Virus record (IMG/VR): IMGVR_UViG_3300046665_000229
Location: 1-64,000 of that record
DNA length: 64,000 bases
Direction: 5' to 3' (one strand)
From: a virus
Shown here: piece after piece, positions 17,946-26,569 of the stretch
How positions within the stretch are numbered: position 1 is the stretch's first letter
Layout: each line of letters opens with the position of its first letter
The notes under the pieces: generated by a model
Told to the model about the DNA's origin: nothing
Seen by the model: only the letters and a program-made list of their open reading frames with translations
Databases searched by the model: none
Translations under genes and position numbers: made by a program

Positions 17946-18415
17946 GTCGCAGCCTTCGGAGCTTCGCGCCCTTCGACTTCAACGATCTTCACGCCGGCCT
18001 CGACGAGCATGATGCACGCAGTCGTCATGTCCTCGTGCCATTGCCCGTCGCTCGGATCGGAAGCGACGCAGTGAATGGTCGTGATGCCCGATTGGATGAT
18101 TGCCCTGGCGCAGTCGCAGCAAGGGAACCACGGCAGATAGATCGAGCAGCCATCGGTGCTCGTCCCGCGACGCGCGGCGTTATAGATAGCGTTGCGCTCT
18201 GCGTGCTCGGTCCATTGATACTTCAGCGGCTTGTAATACCGCATCTCAACATCGTCTCGCACGCCGCGAGCGAATCCGTTCCAGCCCGTCGAGACGATGA
18301 CGCCGTGACGCTCGTCAACAATCACGCAGCCGACCTTGCGGCTGCGATCCTTGCTCTGCGTAGCCGCCAAAGCGGCCTGTGACATCCAGAAATCGATGCG
18401 CTTCTTAGACATCAC
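17942..18415 (-). CDS. dCMP/cytidine deaminase (zinc-dependent)
   Basis: HAERNAI ... PCCDCA zinc-binding motifs. Confidence 0.8.
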   Translation of the reverse strand: MMSKKRIDFWMSQAALAATQSKDRSRKVGCVIVDERHGVIVSTGWNGFARGVRDDVEMRYYKPLKYQWTEHAERNAIYNAARRGTSTDGCSIYLPWFPCCDCARAIIQSGITTIHCVASDPSDGQWHEDMTTACIMLVEAGVKIVEVEGREAPKAAT

Positions 18416-18594
18416 GCGGCCTTGATGTTGAGCGCCGCCAGCACGGCGTCGAGGCGCGGCGTGATCTCGCGGCAGTTGAACCGCGCATCGAGCAAGGCCA
18501 TCACGACCTGATCGACGTTGTTTGCGCGGCGCGTTTCCGTCGCGGCGATCATTTGCTTCGTGGTAGGATCAATGAGCGACATGGGTCGGTGCAT
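18412..18594 (-). CDS. hypothetical protein
   Basis: 60 aa, in overlapping operon chain. Confidence 0.3.
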   Translation of the reverse strand: MHRPMSLIDPTTKQMIAATETRRANNVDQVVMALLDARFNCREITPRLDAVLAALNIKAA

Positions 18595-19063
18595 CCATCA
18601 AGAGTGCGTTCTGATCAGGGTGGATCGGCGGGAGCGGCTTGCGCTTCGCCTTGAACACGACCGGCCGGGTTGAGGCCGGATCGCGAAGGAACGGAAACCG
18701 TTCGTGGATGTTCGTGACGATCTCGATCAGCGCGCAGATCGTCTGCGGCATCGTGAGCTTCAGCTTCTCGGCGATGGGCCGAAGCTCGTCCAAGACTGCC
18801 GGCGGGAGCGTCTTGGCGCGAGGCACCGCGACCATGTCCCATCCGAGCCAGCCGTAGACGGCTTCGAGGCTTTCGAGACCGGGAGCATTCTTCTTCCGCC
18901 ACGCCTTGATAGTTGCGCGGCGGACGCCAGAACCATCCTCGGTCTCGTCATAGGTGACGCCAAGCCGGGCCATCTCTGCGAAGACAAGCTTCACATGCGG
19001 CCCGACTCGCTCAGGCATCGTCACCGTGCGTCGAGCGACGCGATTGCGGCGACGATCAGCCAT
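18569..19063 (-). CDS. hypothetical protein
   Basis: 164 aa, operon chain. Confidence 0.35.
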   Translation of the reverse strand: MADRRRNRVARRTVTMPERVGPHVKLVFAEMARLGVTYDETEDGSGVRRATIKAWRKKNAPGLESLEAVYGWLGWDMVAVPRAKTLPPAVLDELRPIAEKLKLTMPQTICALIEIVTNIHERFPFLRDPASTRPVVFKAKRKPLPPIHPDQNALLMDAPTHVAH

Positions 19064-20234
19064 GCTTCGGCGTCTCCACCATTTCGGTGCTGATGTTCAT
19101 CGTTGCGATGACGCCGACCAAATCGGGCTCGTCTTCAGCAAGGAACATGATGCGACGGTTCTTCTGCCCGGCAGGATCGGGATGCAGAACGATGGCACTC
19201 GACTTAAACGAGTTGAGCATCATCTTCATGAACTGGCCGTTGATGCCGAAGGTCTCAACCTTGCCGTCGATCTCTGCCTCGATCACGTCCACGCCGTTGC
19301 CGACCTGACCAGCGACCGCGACGACGAGACCTTCATCCGCGTGGCCGCACTGAAGACGGTGGCCCAATTCCTTCGAGGCAAAGGTCTCAAGCAACGCGAC
19401 GGTGTTCGCAGCGCGCGCACGATCAACGAGCACGCGCGTCTTCGCCGGGGACGACACCAGCGCATTGTAGTTCGGATAGGTGCCTACCAGCATCGACGAA
19501 CAGAACATGATGTTCTCGGTGGTGAAGACAATCGAACTGGCATCGACGCGAACGCTGACCACGTCGGCGCTGCGGAAGAGACGCAGCACGGCGGCGACGG
19601 TCTCGGCCGACAAGATCACACCGGGGGCCTGCTCGCCGCTGCGGGGCATGTTCTCTGCGCCCTCGGGCAAGCCAACGGTCGCCATAAAAAGGATGTGGCC
19701 GGACGTGCCAACGGCGGCTAGCAACGGACGGTTCGCGCCTTCACGCACATGCAGGAAGACGCCGGCCATCGGTGACAACGCGACCGACGACAACGACTGC
19801 GCGGTGTGACCGAACAGCTTGACCAAATCCGAGCCGGCCAGTTCAAACTCGGCGCCCTTGACCTGCGAGGCATCACGCGCCGGGAAGTCCGAAGCCGCCA
19901 GCGTCGGGAAGACGGTGCGCGAGCGACCGCACTGCAAGATCAGTTCGGCCTTCTCTTCGTTGAGTTCGATCTTGATCGCCGCGCCCTTCGGCAGGCGTTC
20001 AACGACCATCTTCAGACGCGCTGCATCGACGGTGATCGCACCTTCGCGCTCGATGTCGGCCGGGCCAGACGCCTCGACCATCATATCGAAGTCGGTCGAT
20101 GCGACGAGCAGGTTGCCGCCTTCGGCTACGAGACGCGCGTTGTTGACGATGTGCGACGGCGAGTTCTTCGCTGCGCTCGATGCGCCGCGCATTACCAGAT
20201 CGGACAAGATGTCCTGCGTGATCTTCAGCTTCAC
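19056..20234 (-). CDS. dnaN: DNA polymerase III beta subunit (sliding clamp), phage-encoded
   Basis: ~393 aa from GTG (RBS GGGGA) VKLKITQDILSDLV... clamp-like N-terminus and length. Confidence 0.75.
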   Translation of the reverse strand: MKLKITQDILSDLVMRGASSAAKNSPSHIVNNARLVAEGGNLLVASTDFDMMVEASGPADIEREGAITVDAARLKMVVERLPKGAAIKIELNEEKAELILQCGRSRTVFPTLAASDFPARDASQVKGAEFELAGSDLVKLFGHTAQSLSSVALSPMAGVFLHVREGANRPLLAAVGTSGHILFMATVGLPEGAENMPRSGEQAPGVILSAETVAAVLRLFRSADVVSVRVDASSIVFTTENIMFCSSMLVGTYPNYNALVSSPAKTRVLVDRARAANTVALLETFASKELGHRLQCGHADEGLVVAVAGQVGNGVDVIEAEIDGKVETFGINGQFMKMMLNSFKSSAIVLHPDPAGQKNRRIMFLAEDEPDLVGVIATMNISTEMVETPKHG

Positions 20235-20244
20235 GATAGTCCCC

Positions 20245-20499
20245 TTATGAGTTGACGAAATGGAACGGCTCGCCGACGTGCTGCGCGCACTCTTCGGCCG
20301 TCTTGAACTTGGGATTGAGGTAGACGCGCAGGCGTTGGACCGCGTCGTCATGGAGGCCGGCGCGGATCAGGCCGTCGATCTCCTGCGCGAACGCGGTATC
20401 GACGGATGCGAGGAAGCGGCGCGAGATGGCGCTGTCGCCATCAGCCAGGGCGAGATAGGCGCGAGTGAGAGCGTTGTCGTCGAACAGCTTCGCGCTCAT
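20245..20499 (-). CDS. hypothetical protein
   Basis: 84 aa ORF. Confidence 0.3.
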   Translation of the reverse strand: MSAKLFDDNALTRAYLALADGDSAISRRFLASVDTAFAQEIDGLIRAGLHDDAVQRLRVYLNPKFKTAEECAQHVGEPFHFVNS

Positions 20500-20894
20500 G
20501 CGAACGACTCCGCGCGCTCGATGGCTTCATAGATATGGAGGGGAAGTTGGACCGGGTTCGGCAGCTTCACCGGGCCGTCCATGCTACGAAGGCGGAACTC
20601 CCGGTTCTCGCGGATCGCGCTGTCGAGCGCGTCCAGCATCCCCTTCGACCAACCGCGATCCGTATAGAAGACCGAATAGTCTGCGACGCGACGCCACGCG
20701 AGCCCGAGCTTGATGCCAAGCTCGCGCTGCACGGGGTCGTGGTCGTTCATGAACTGAGTGAAGAGAAGATGCGACGCGGCAACGCTTTCGAGGCGTTGAG
20801 CGCAGTCGTTAGCGGCGCGACGTGCGTATGCGACGTTCGCGTTGACCTCGCCGGCATACGGCGATTCCAGAATGACAAGTTTGATGGATGACAT
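20496..20894 (-). CDS. DUF4406-like (nucleoside 2-deoxyribosyltransferase-fold) phage protein
   Basis: MSSIKLVILESPYAG... N-terminus typical of the family; first gene of leftward early operon. Confidence 0.4.
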   Translation of the reverse strand: MSSIKLVILESPYAGEVNANVAYARRAANDCAQRLESVAASHLLFTQFMNDHDPVQRELGIKLGLAWRRVADYSVFYTDRGWSKGMLDALDSAIRENREFRLRSMDGPVKLPNPVQLPLHIYEAIERAESFA

Positions 20895-20896
20895 GA

Positions 20897-20975
20897 TCCG
20901 TTGCTCTCCCAAAGCAACGGATCAGTATCATCTCTATCCAATAAGTCAATGGATGGTTCTTGGATACATCCAACA
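20897..20975. promoter_or_regulatory. left operator/promoter cluster: SD-containing hairpin (CCGTTGCT/AGCAACGG) plus TTGGAT-type repeats incl. perfect palindrome TTGGATACATCCAA (20959-20972)
   Basis: Seen directly, between repressor gene end and leftward operon start. Confidence 0.45.
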
Positions 20976-20996
20976 TACTAGGTGTAGGAAAACGAC

Positions 20997-21716
20997 TTAA
21001 ACCAATTCACAGGAAGCTACTATTCGCTCTAATGATTTTACGTCCTGACGCGGTAGTTCCGTAACTTCGTTGGTAGCTAGACACTTCACAGCGATCTTAT
21101 CGAGACCAATGTTGACCACTTCTCGAATGATGAGTCGGTCGTCTGTCATTCGCACTACCGCGAATCCTCCCTTCGAAGCTGACTTGCGAGGATTCACTAT
21201 GACGACCTCTCCGAATCCATAGCGAGGTGCCATCGTGTCGTCTGGAACCGTAAGGCAATAAATACCGGCCCCCGATGGCTGGACGGGAGAGACGAAGTTC
21301 GACTTGTTCGATTCGTCGGCTTTGAAGAAGCCTTCAGGATCGGTTAGGCCGATGTTGTAGAGCTTAATCGGTGCAGCGGTAGAGGCTGCAACGTGCGGAG
21401 TCACCTGTATTTCATGGGCTCGCGGCGCGGCCTGCTCGCCAGTCAGATACTCAACATCACAGTCCAAAGCCTGTGCCAGCTTCATAAGCCCGGCCTTCTG
21501 AGGGTTCCGGTTCTTGTCGTTCATTACGTCGAAGACGTAGCTGAGTCCTAGACCACCCCGCTGCGACGCAAGGTTCATCGAAAGATTGAGCGTATCGAGT
21601 CGCTCGGCAATCCTTTCCTTAATGATCTCGATAGCTGGATGCTCTTTTTTGATCCGCTCTTCGATTTTTTTAGTCACCTTCTTCGACCCCCTACGAAACA
21701 CTCTACTCAACGCCAT
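20997..21716 (-). CDS. CI-like repressor: N-terminal HTH plus C-terminal S24 (LexA-like) peptidase domain
   Basis: 239 aa; S24 fold segment DDTMAPRYGFGEVVIVNP...AVVRMTDDRLIIREV; divergent from cro-like gene. Confidence 0.75.
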   Translation of the reverse strand: MALSRVFRRGSKKVTKKIEERIKKEHPAIEIIKERIAERLDTLNLSMNLASQRGGLGLSYVFDVMNDKNRNPQKAGLMKLAQALDCDVEYLTGEQAAPRAHEIQVTPHVAASTAAPIKLYNIGLTDPEGFFKADESNKSNFVSPVQPSGAGIYCLTVPDDTMAPRYGFGEVVIVNPRKSASKGGFAVVRMTDDRLIIREVVNIGLDKIAVKCLATNEVTELPRQDVKSLERIVASCELV

Positions 21717-21789
21717 TTATCCCTGTCCTTTCATAAGCATCCACTAATGAGCGTCAACGCCACGAGTGGTGAATATCAAGGCGTCGGGT

Positions 21790-21930
21790 ACTAGATAGTG
21801 TGCTCTACGGCCATTCTATCCAATACCGTCCATTGACACATCCAATGCTGTCCGATAGATAAAGTTCAATCAGATCAGCAAAAAGTAGCCAACTGATTCG
21901 GCATAAAGCCGGATTAGCATTGGATGTCAA
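21790..21930. promoter_or_regulatory. right operator/divergent promoter region with repeated ATCCAA/TTGGATG half-sites (CATTG-N7-CAATG palindrome 21831-21847; CATTGGATG at 21918)
   Basis: Seen directly. Confidence 0.45.
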
Positions 21931-22318
21931 GGTTTCGTGTCGGATGGACCTCTCTGTCGTTTCCAAGGAAGAACTGGCGTCAAGGATCGAATCCTTGACC
22001 GGGACCATCGAGTCCTTGCGCGCCTCTATGTCTGGCGCTGGCTCGCTTCCCGTCGAATGGAAGCTGACGCCGAAAGAACGGTCCCTCTTCCTCGCACTCG
22101 TCCGCAACGAGATCGTGACGAAGCAGATGGCGATGGTCCTGCTCTACGGCGTCGCCGACCGCCCCTCCCATTCCGTCGATGTCTTCCTGTCGCGCATCCG
22201 CACGAAGACCGAACCGCACGAAGTCACCATCGAGACCATCAACCGCACCGGCTACCGGCTCGTGGATCGTCTCGTATGGGCAAAGACCTTGAAGCTCGAC
22301 ATTTCCGTCGCGCATTAA
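21920..22318 (+). CDS. winged-helix DNA-binding regulator (OmpR/PhoB C-terminal-like domain) at the cro position
   Basis: VFLSRIRTK...IETINRTGYRLV trans_reg_C-like segment; divergent from repressor. Confidence 0.5.
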   Translation: MDVKVSCRMDLSVVSKEELASRIESLTGTIESLRASMSGAGSLPVEWKLTPKERSLFLALVRNEIVTKQMAMVLLYGVADRPSHSVDVFLSRIRTKTEPHEVTIETINRTGYRLVDRLVWAKTLKLDISVAH

Positions 22319-22330
22319 CCGGGGAGCCGC

Positions 22331-23110
22331 ATGGCAATCTCACTGAAGTCTGTAAAGAAGAAGACCGCTGCCGAGTTGCAGCCGATCTTCACCATCTATG
22401 GCGTGCCGAAGATCGGCAAGTCGTCGCTCGCGGCTGAGTTTCCGCGACCGATCTTCATCCAGACCACGGAAGGCGAAAGCGTTCCTTCTGGCGTCGTCGC
22501 CGAAACCCTCGAAGCGTTCTCCTATGGCGCGCTCTGCGAAGCCATCGGCTCAGTCGTCAACGAAGAGCACACCTACGGCACGCTCGTTATCGACTCGCTG
22601 ACCGGACTTGAGAACCTTATCCGCGCCGAGACCTGCGCTCGCAACGGATGGAAGGACATCGAAGACCCCGGCTTCGGCAAGGGCTACAAGATGGCCTGCT
22701 CGGTCCTTCGCGAATACATCGACGGCATCATGACCGTGCGTCGCGAGCGCCAGATGGCAATCGTCCAGCTTGGTCACGCTGACATCACGCGCTTCAATCC
22801 GCCGAGCACCGATCCCTATGATCGGTATCGCGTCAGCATGCACAAGGATGCGGCTGATATCATTGAAGAGAACAGCGACGTGATCGCGTTCGTCAACTTC
22901 AAGGCTTCGATCAAGAAGGTCGATGTCGGCTTCAGCCAGACTAAGTCGCACGCTGAAGGCGGGAACGTCCGTTATATGTTCCTCGAAGAGCGTCCGCACA
23001 CCGTCTGCGGCAATCGCTTCGGCATGCCGCCCGAACTCCCGTTCAAGAAGGGCGAAGGCTACGCCGCGCTGGCGAAGTATCTGCCGGCCGCGCCCGACCT
23101 CGCCGCCTAA
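22331..23110 (+). CDS. AAA_24-family ATPase (RecA-like, Sak4-type recombination/replication protein)
   Basis: Walker A YGVPKIGKSS; size and context. Confidence 0.55.
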   Translation: MAISLKSVKKKTAAELQPIFTIYGVPKIGKSSLAAEFPRPIFIQTTEGESVPSGVVAETLEAFSYGALCEAIGSVVNEEHTYGTLVIDSLTGLENLIRAETCARNGWKDIEDPGFGKGYKMACSVLREYIDGIMTVRRERQMAIVQLGHADITRFNPPSTDPYDRYRVSMHKDAADIIEENSDVIAFVNFKASIKKVDVGFSQTKSHAEGGNVRYMFLEERPHTVCGNRFGMPPELPFKKGEGYAALAKYLPAAPDLAA

Positions 23111-23141
23111 CACACTCACTGCAACGCCATAGGAGAATATC

Positions 23142-23729
23142 GTGGCACAACTTGGTATCCAACTCACCGAACAGCAAGCCAATGACGCGGAAGGCGGTGC
23201 CTTTGTCGTCGTTCCCCGCGACCGTTACTTGCTTCAGATCACCGAAGGCGATGTGAAGCGGAACAAGAAGAACAGCGGCGACCTGTACGAGTACAAGGTC
23301 GAGGTCATCGAAGGCGACTTCGCTGGCGCAAAGTGGATCGGCAACATCAACGTGACCCATACCAGCGCAGTCGCGCAGCGTATCGGTCAGGGTCAGTTGT
23401 CCGCTCTCGCCCTGGCTCAGGGACAGGACCCGACGCTCGTGAACGACACCGAGCAGTACAACGACCTGCCGTTCATGGCCGATGTCGATATCGAGACCTA
23501 CACCGCGAACAACGGTCAGGAGCGGGAACGCAACACCATCAAGAAGTTCATCCACGCCGGCAACGCGGACTCCGCTCCCATCGGCAAGGACGATCCGAAG
23601 CCTGCGAACGACAACGTCAAGCCCGCCACGACCGCGTCGAACAGCAACAACCGCCCGCCTGCCAACGCGGCTGGCGCTGCGACTGCATCGGGTGGCGGTG
23701 CCGCTCGCTCGATGCCTTGGAAGAAGTAA
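23142..23729 (+). CDS. DUF669-like phage protein (putative ssDNA-binding partner of AAA_24)
   Basis: Position directly after AAA_24 gene; Ala/Asn-rich disordered C-tail. Confidence 0.35.
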   Translation: MAQLGIQLTEQQANDAEGGAFVVVPRDRYLLQITEGDVKRNKKNSGDLYEYKVEVIEGDFAGAKWIGNINVTHTSAVAQRIGQGQLSALALAQGQDPTLVNDTEQYNDLPFMADVDIETYTANNGQERERNTIKKFIHAGNADSAPIGKDDPKPANDNVKPATTASNSNNRPPANAAGAATASGGGAARSMPWKK

Positions 23730-23807
23730 CGCTTCCGTCCTGACATCGCGCCGGGACTACGGCCCCGGCGTTCCTCGCAATATCCATCATGAAATGAAAG
23801 CATCACA

Positions 23808-24071
23808 ATGAAGACCCGTCTCTATCTGCTCGCCGCCGCGATGATCGTCGCCTCTTCGTTCGCTCATGCCGGCACCGTCTACGATCCCAAGTCCCCGCCC
23901 GCTGCAATCGCGGTGGATGCGCAGGTCAAGGCCGAGATCGCCAGCAAGGTTTACCCGGTCGATCCGACCCCGGCCTACATGCTCGTCAATGCGTCCTGCA
24001 CTGGCATCAACGCCTTCGGCTGTACTGGCGGCTCCGGCGCGGCTGGCGCTGCGGCGTCCGGCGGCGAGTAA
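23808..24071 (+). CDS. small secreted protein
   Basis: Signal peptide MKTRLYLLAAAMIVASSFAHA. Confidence 0.35.
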   Translation: MKTRLYLLAAAMIVASSFAHAGTVYDPKSPPAAIAVDAQVKAEIASKVYPVDPTPAYMLVNASCTGINAFGCTGGSGAAGAAASGGE

Positions 24072-24179
24072 TCTTCCTCTCTGACTAACGCGCTGGGGCT
24101 TCGGCCCCGGCGCTCTTCCCTCCCCGACATTTCAATCTGACCAACGCGCCCTTTGGCGCGAACGATCGAGGCTTGCCCA

Positions 24180-25298
24180 ATGGCACCGCTACCCCGCCCG
24201 CACAGCATGACCACGGAAGCCATCTATCAGGCTTACGCAGCATCGCGGGGCCAAGCGTGGGACTCGATGGGCATCTCCATTTCGATCCTAGGTGCCGAGT
24301 GCGACCGCCAGCTTTGGTACGACCTCCGCTGGGCCTCCCTCCCCGAAGTTATCGACGGCCTGAAGGCCATCACCTTCGAGACCGGCAACATTGAAGAAGC
24401 GCGCCTCATGAACTCGCTCCGCATGATCGGATGCGAAGTGGACGAGGTCGATCATCGCGGCAAGCAGTATCGCGCCAGTGCAGTCGCAGGCCATGTGCGC
24501 GGCAAGACGGACGGAAAGGTACGCGGTCTGCCCGAAGCGCCGAAGCCGTGGCACGTCGCCGAAGCCAAGTCCATGAAGGACGAATATTGGCAGAAGGTGA
24601 AGAAGCTCGGCGTCAAGGCTGGCTACTACGAGCACTACACGCAGTTGAACATCTATTGCCACCTCTTCGGCTACGAAGATGGCCTCTACATCTGCCGGAA
24701 CAAGAATACCGGCGAGATTTACACCGAGATCATCAAGACGGATCACTTCGAAGCACACCGCCTTCTTCAGCGTGCGGAGCGCATCATTCGTGCAGCCAAC
24801 CCGCCGCAGAAGCTTCACAAAGACCCCGAAGCGAAGATGGCGTTCAAGTGCAAGTATCTCTGCAAGCATCTTGAGGTCTGCCACAAGGATGCGTTCTCGC
24901 GCATCTCGTGCCGTACCTGCTTGCACGCTACGCCCGAGTTCATTGGTGACGCTGCATGGTCGTGCGCGCGCCATACGAAGCCGCTGACGCTGGACGAACA
25001 GAAGGCCGGCTGCGAACACCATCTCTTCATCCCGACGCTCGTTCCCGGCGAAGTCGTCGATAGCAGCGATGAAGAAGAATGGGTGCTCTACACCCTGCAC
25101 GACGGACGCGAATGGCGCGACGGCCGACGCAAGTCCCTCCGCTACTTCCACCATCCCGAAAGCGGCTGCGTTTTCGCGATCACCGCTGAAGAGCCTGATC
25201 CGCGCGAAGGCGGTTTCGATGGTGCGCTCTGTGAAGAGATCGACGCCGTCGAGTTCGCAACCCTCCAAGCCCATTACGCATCATTGAGTGAGGCATAA
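24180..25298 (+). CDS. PD-(D/E)XK nuclease, Cas4/RecB-like with C-terminal Cys cluster
   Basis: D...EAK motif (KTDGKV...VAEAKS) and 4+ Cys (CKYLCKHLEVC...CRTC). Confidence 0.45.
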   Translation: MAPLPRPHSMTTEAIYQAYAASRGQAWDSMGISISILGAECDRQLWYDLRWASLPEVIDGLKAITFETGNIEEARLMNSLRMIGCEVDEVDHRGKQYRASAVAGHVRGKTDGKVRGLPEAPKPWHVAEAKSMKDEYWQKVKKLGVKAGYYEHYTQLNIYCHLFGYEDGLYICRNKNTGEIYTEIIKTDHFEAHRLLQRAERIIRAANPPQKLHKDPEAKMAFKCKYLCKHLEVCHKDAFSRISCRTCLHATPEFIGDAAWSCARHTKPLTLDEQKAGCEHHLFIPTLVPGEVVDSSDEEEWVLYTLHDGREWRDGRRKSLRYFHHPESGCVFAITAEEPDPREGGFDGALCEEIDAVEFATLQAHYASLSEA

Positions 25299-25300
25299 CC

Positions 25301-25561
25301 GTGTCTGAGTTTCCGCACGCCACCTTCTTCATCGAGTCGTCTTCCGACCAATGCAAAGAGTTCTTGCCCGACGAGTCCGGCATGCACGGGATCATCTGCG
25401 GCGCTCCCGTAGTGGCCGGCCGCTCGTACTGCGCATGCCATCTCCGCATCAACTTTCAGCCGATCAAGAAGGGCGTGAAGTTCAACATCGCTGACTACTC
25501 GGTGCGTCGCGGCCCCGATCCTGATGATCAAGAAGCTGATCTGACGGAGATGCTGTCGTGA
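25301..25561 (+). CDS. small Cys-containing protein (weak resemblance to GcrA C-terminal motif)
   Basis: 86 aa; CGAPVVAGRSYCACH. Confidence 0.3.
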   Translation: MSEFPHATFFIESSSDQCKEFLPDESGMHGIICGAPVVAGRSYCACHLRINFQPIKKGVKFNIADYSVRRGPDPDDQEADLTEMLS

Positions 25562-26214
25562 CGAAGAAGTTCAAGACCTTCTACGGCGATCCTGCGTGGA
25601 CCTATGAGACATGGTCTGACGAAGGCAAGGATCGTTCGCCCGAGCAGCACTACGAGTGCATGACACTTGACCAGATCAAGGCGATGCCCGTTGCCGATCT
25701 CGCGGAAGATGACTCGGCCTGCGTGCTGTGGTGCTGCGACCCTCTGCTCGACAAGGGCTTCGAGGTTCTGAAGGCGTGGGACTTCACCTTCAAGACCGTG
25801 TGCTTCTACTACGTCAAGGTCACGCGCCACTTCAACCCGGTCACGGGCATGGGGTACTGGACGCGCGCCAATCCTGAGATCGCATTGCTCGGCACGCGCG
25901 GCAATCCCAAGCGCCTGTCCAAGGGCGTACAACGCCTGATCTTCGAGTGTGACTACAGCGAGAAGGTCATCCTCGCACCGCGCACGCTCCATTCCGAGAA
26001 GCCGCACGAAGCCTACCGGCGAATCGAGCGCCTGTTCGACGGGCCGTACCTCGAATTGTTCGCCCGTCACGCTCGCCCTGGTTGGCACCAATGGGGGAAC
26101 GAGGTCGGCAAGACCGGCGGCACTCCGAACATCATTCAGATTCCCGGCTACCCGGCGAAAGCCTTCCACACCGCAAACGACAACTCACTCTTTGGGGGAA
26201 CCGATGTCGCATAA
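25558..26214 (+). CDS. MT-A70-family N6-adenine DNA methyltransferase
   Basis: DPAW (DPPW-type) motif FYGDPAWTYE and downstream conserved block. Confidence 0.8.
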   Translation: MTKKFKTFYGDPAWTYETWSDEGKDRSPEQHYECMTLDQIKAMPVADLAEDDSACVLWCCDPLLDKGFEVLKAWDFTFKTVCFYYVKVTRHFNPVTGMGYWTRANPEIALLGTRGNPKRLSKGVQRLIFECDYSEKVILAPRTLHSEKPHEAYRRIERLFDGPYLELFARHARPGWHQWGNEVGKTGGTPNIIQIPGYPAKAFHTANDNSLFGGTDVA

Positions 26215-26569
26215 GAACGATTCACTGTCCGTCATTCGTCAGAGCGTCCTTGAGTATGGCGACAAGCCGCTGTCTCCCGGCATGAAGGCCGTCGAGATCA
26301 CGCGCTCGCTTGAACGCGCTGGCTTCACCATCGTCGGCGCTGACGTGGTCGCCGCCTTCGCTACGATTGCTCAGAACTGCGGTGCCGATCCGTGGCAGTT
26401 CACGCAGTTGGTTTGCCGCCTTGGTCTCGGGAAGATCGTCCCCTTCGATCCTGCGAAGCACGACACGACTGCGGACATCGCGCCCGGCGAACAGTTCCTC
26501 GAATATAGCGAGAGCATGCGCGAGGCCATGAAGCACGCTGCTCCGATCCTGCGGGGCGAGTTGCACTAA
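26204..26569 (+). CDS. hypothetical protein
   Basis: 121 aa, GC3-consistent, overlapping starts. Confidence 0.35.
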   Translation: MSHKNDSLSVIRQSVLEYGDKPLSPGMKAVEITRSLERAGFTIVGADVVAAFATIAQNCGADPWQFTQLVCRLGLGKIVPFDPAKHDTTADIAPGEQFLEYSESMREAMKHAAPILRGELH

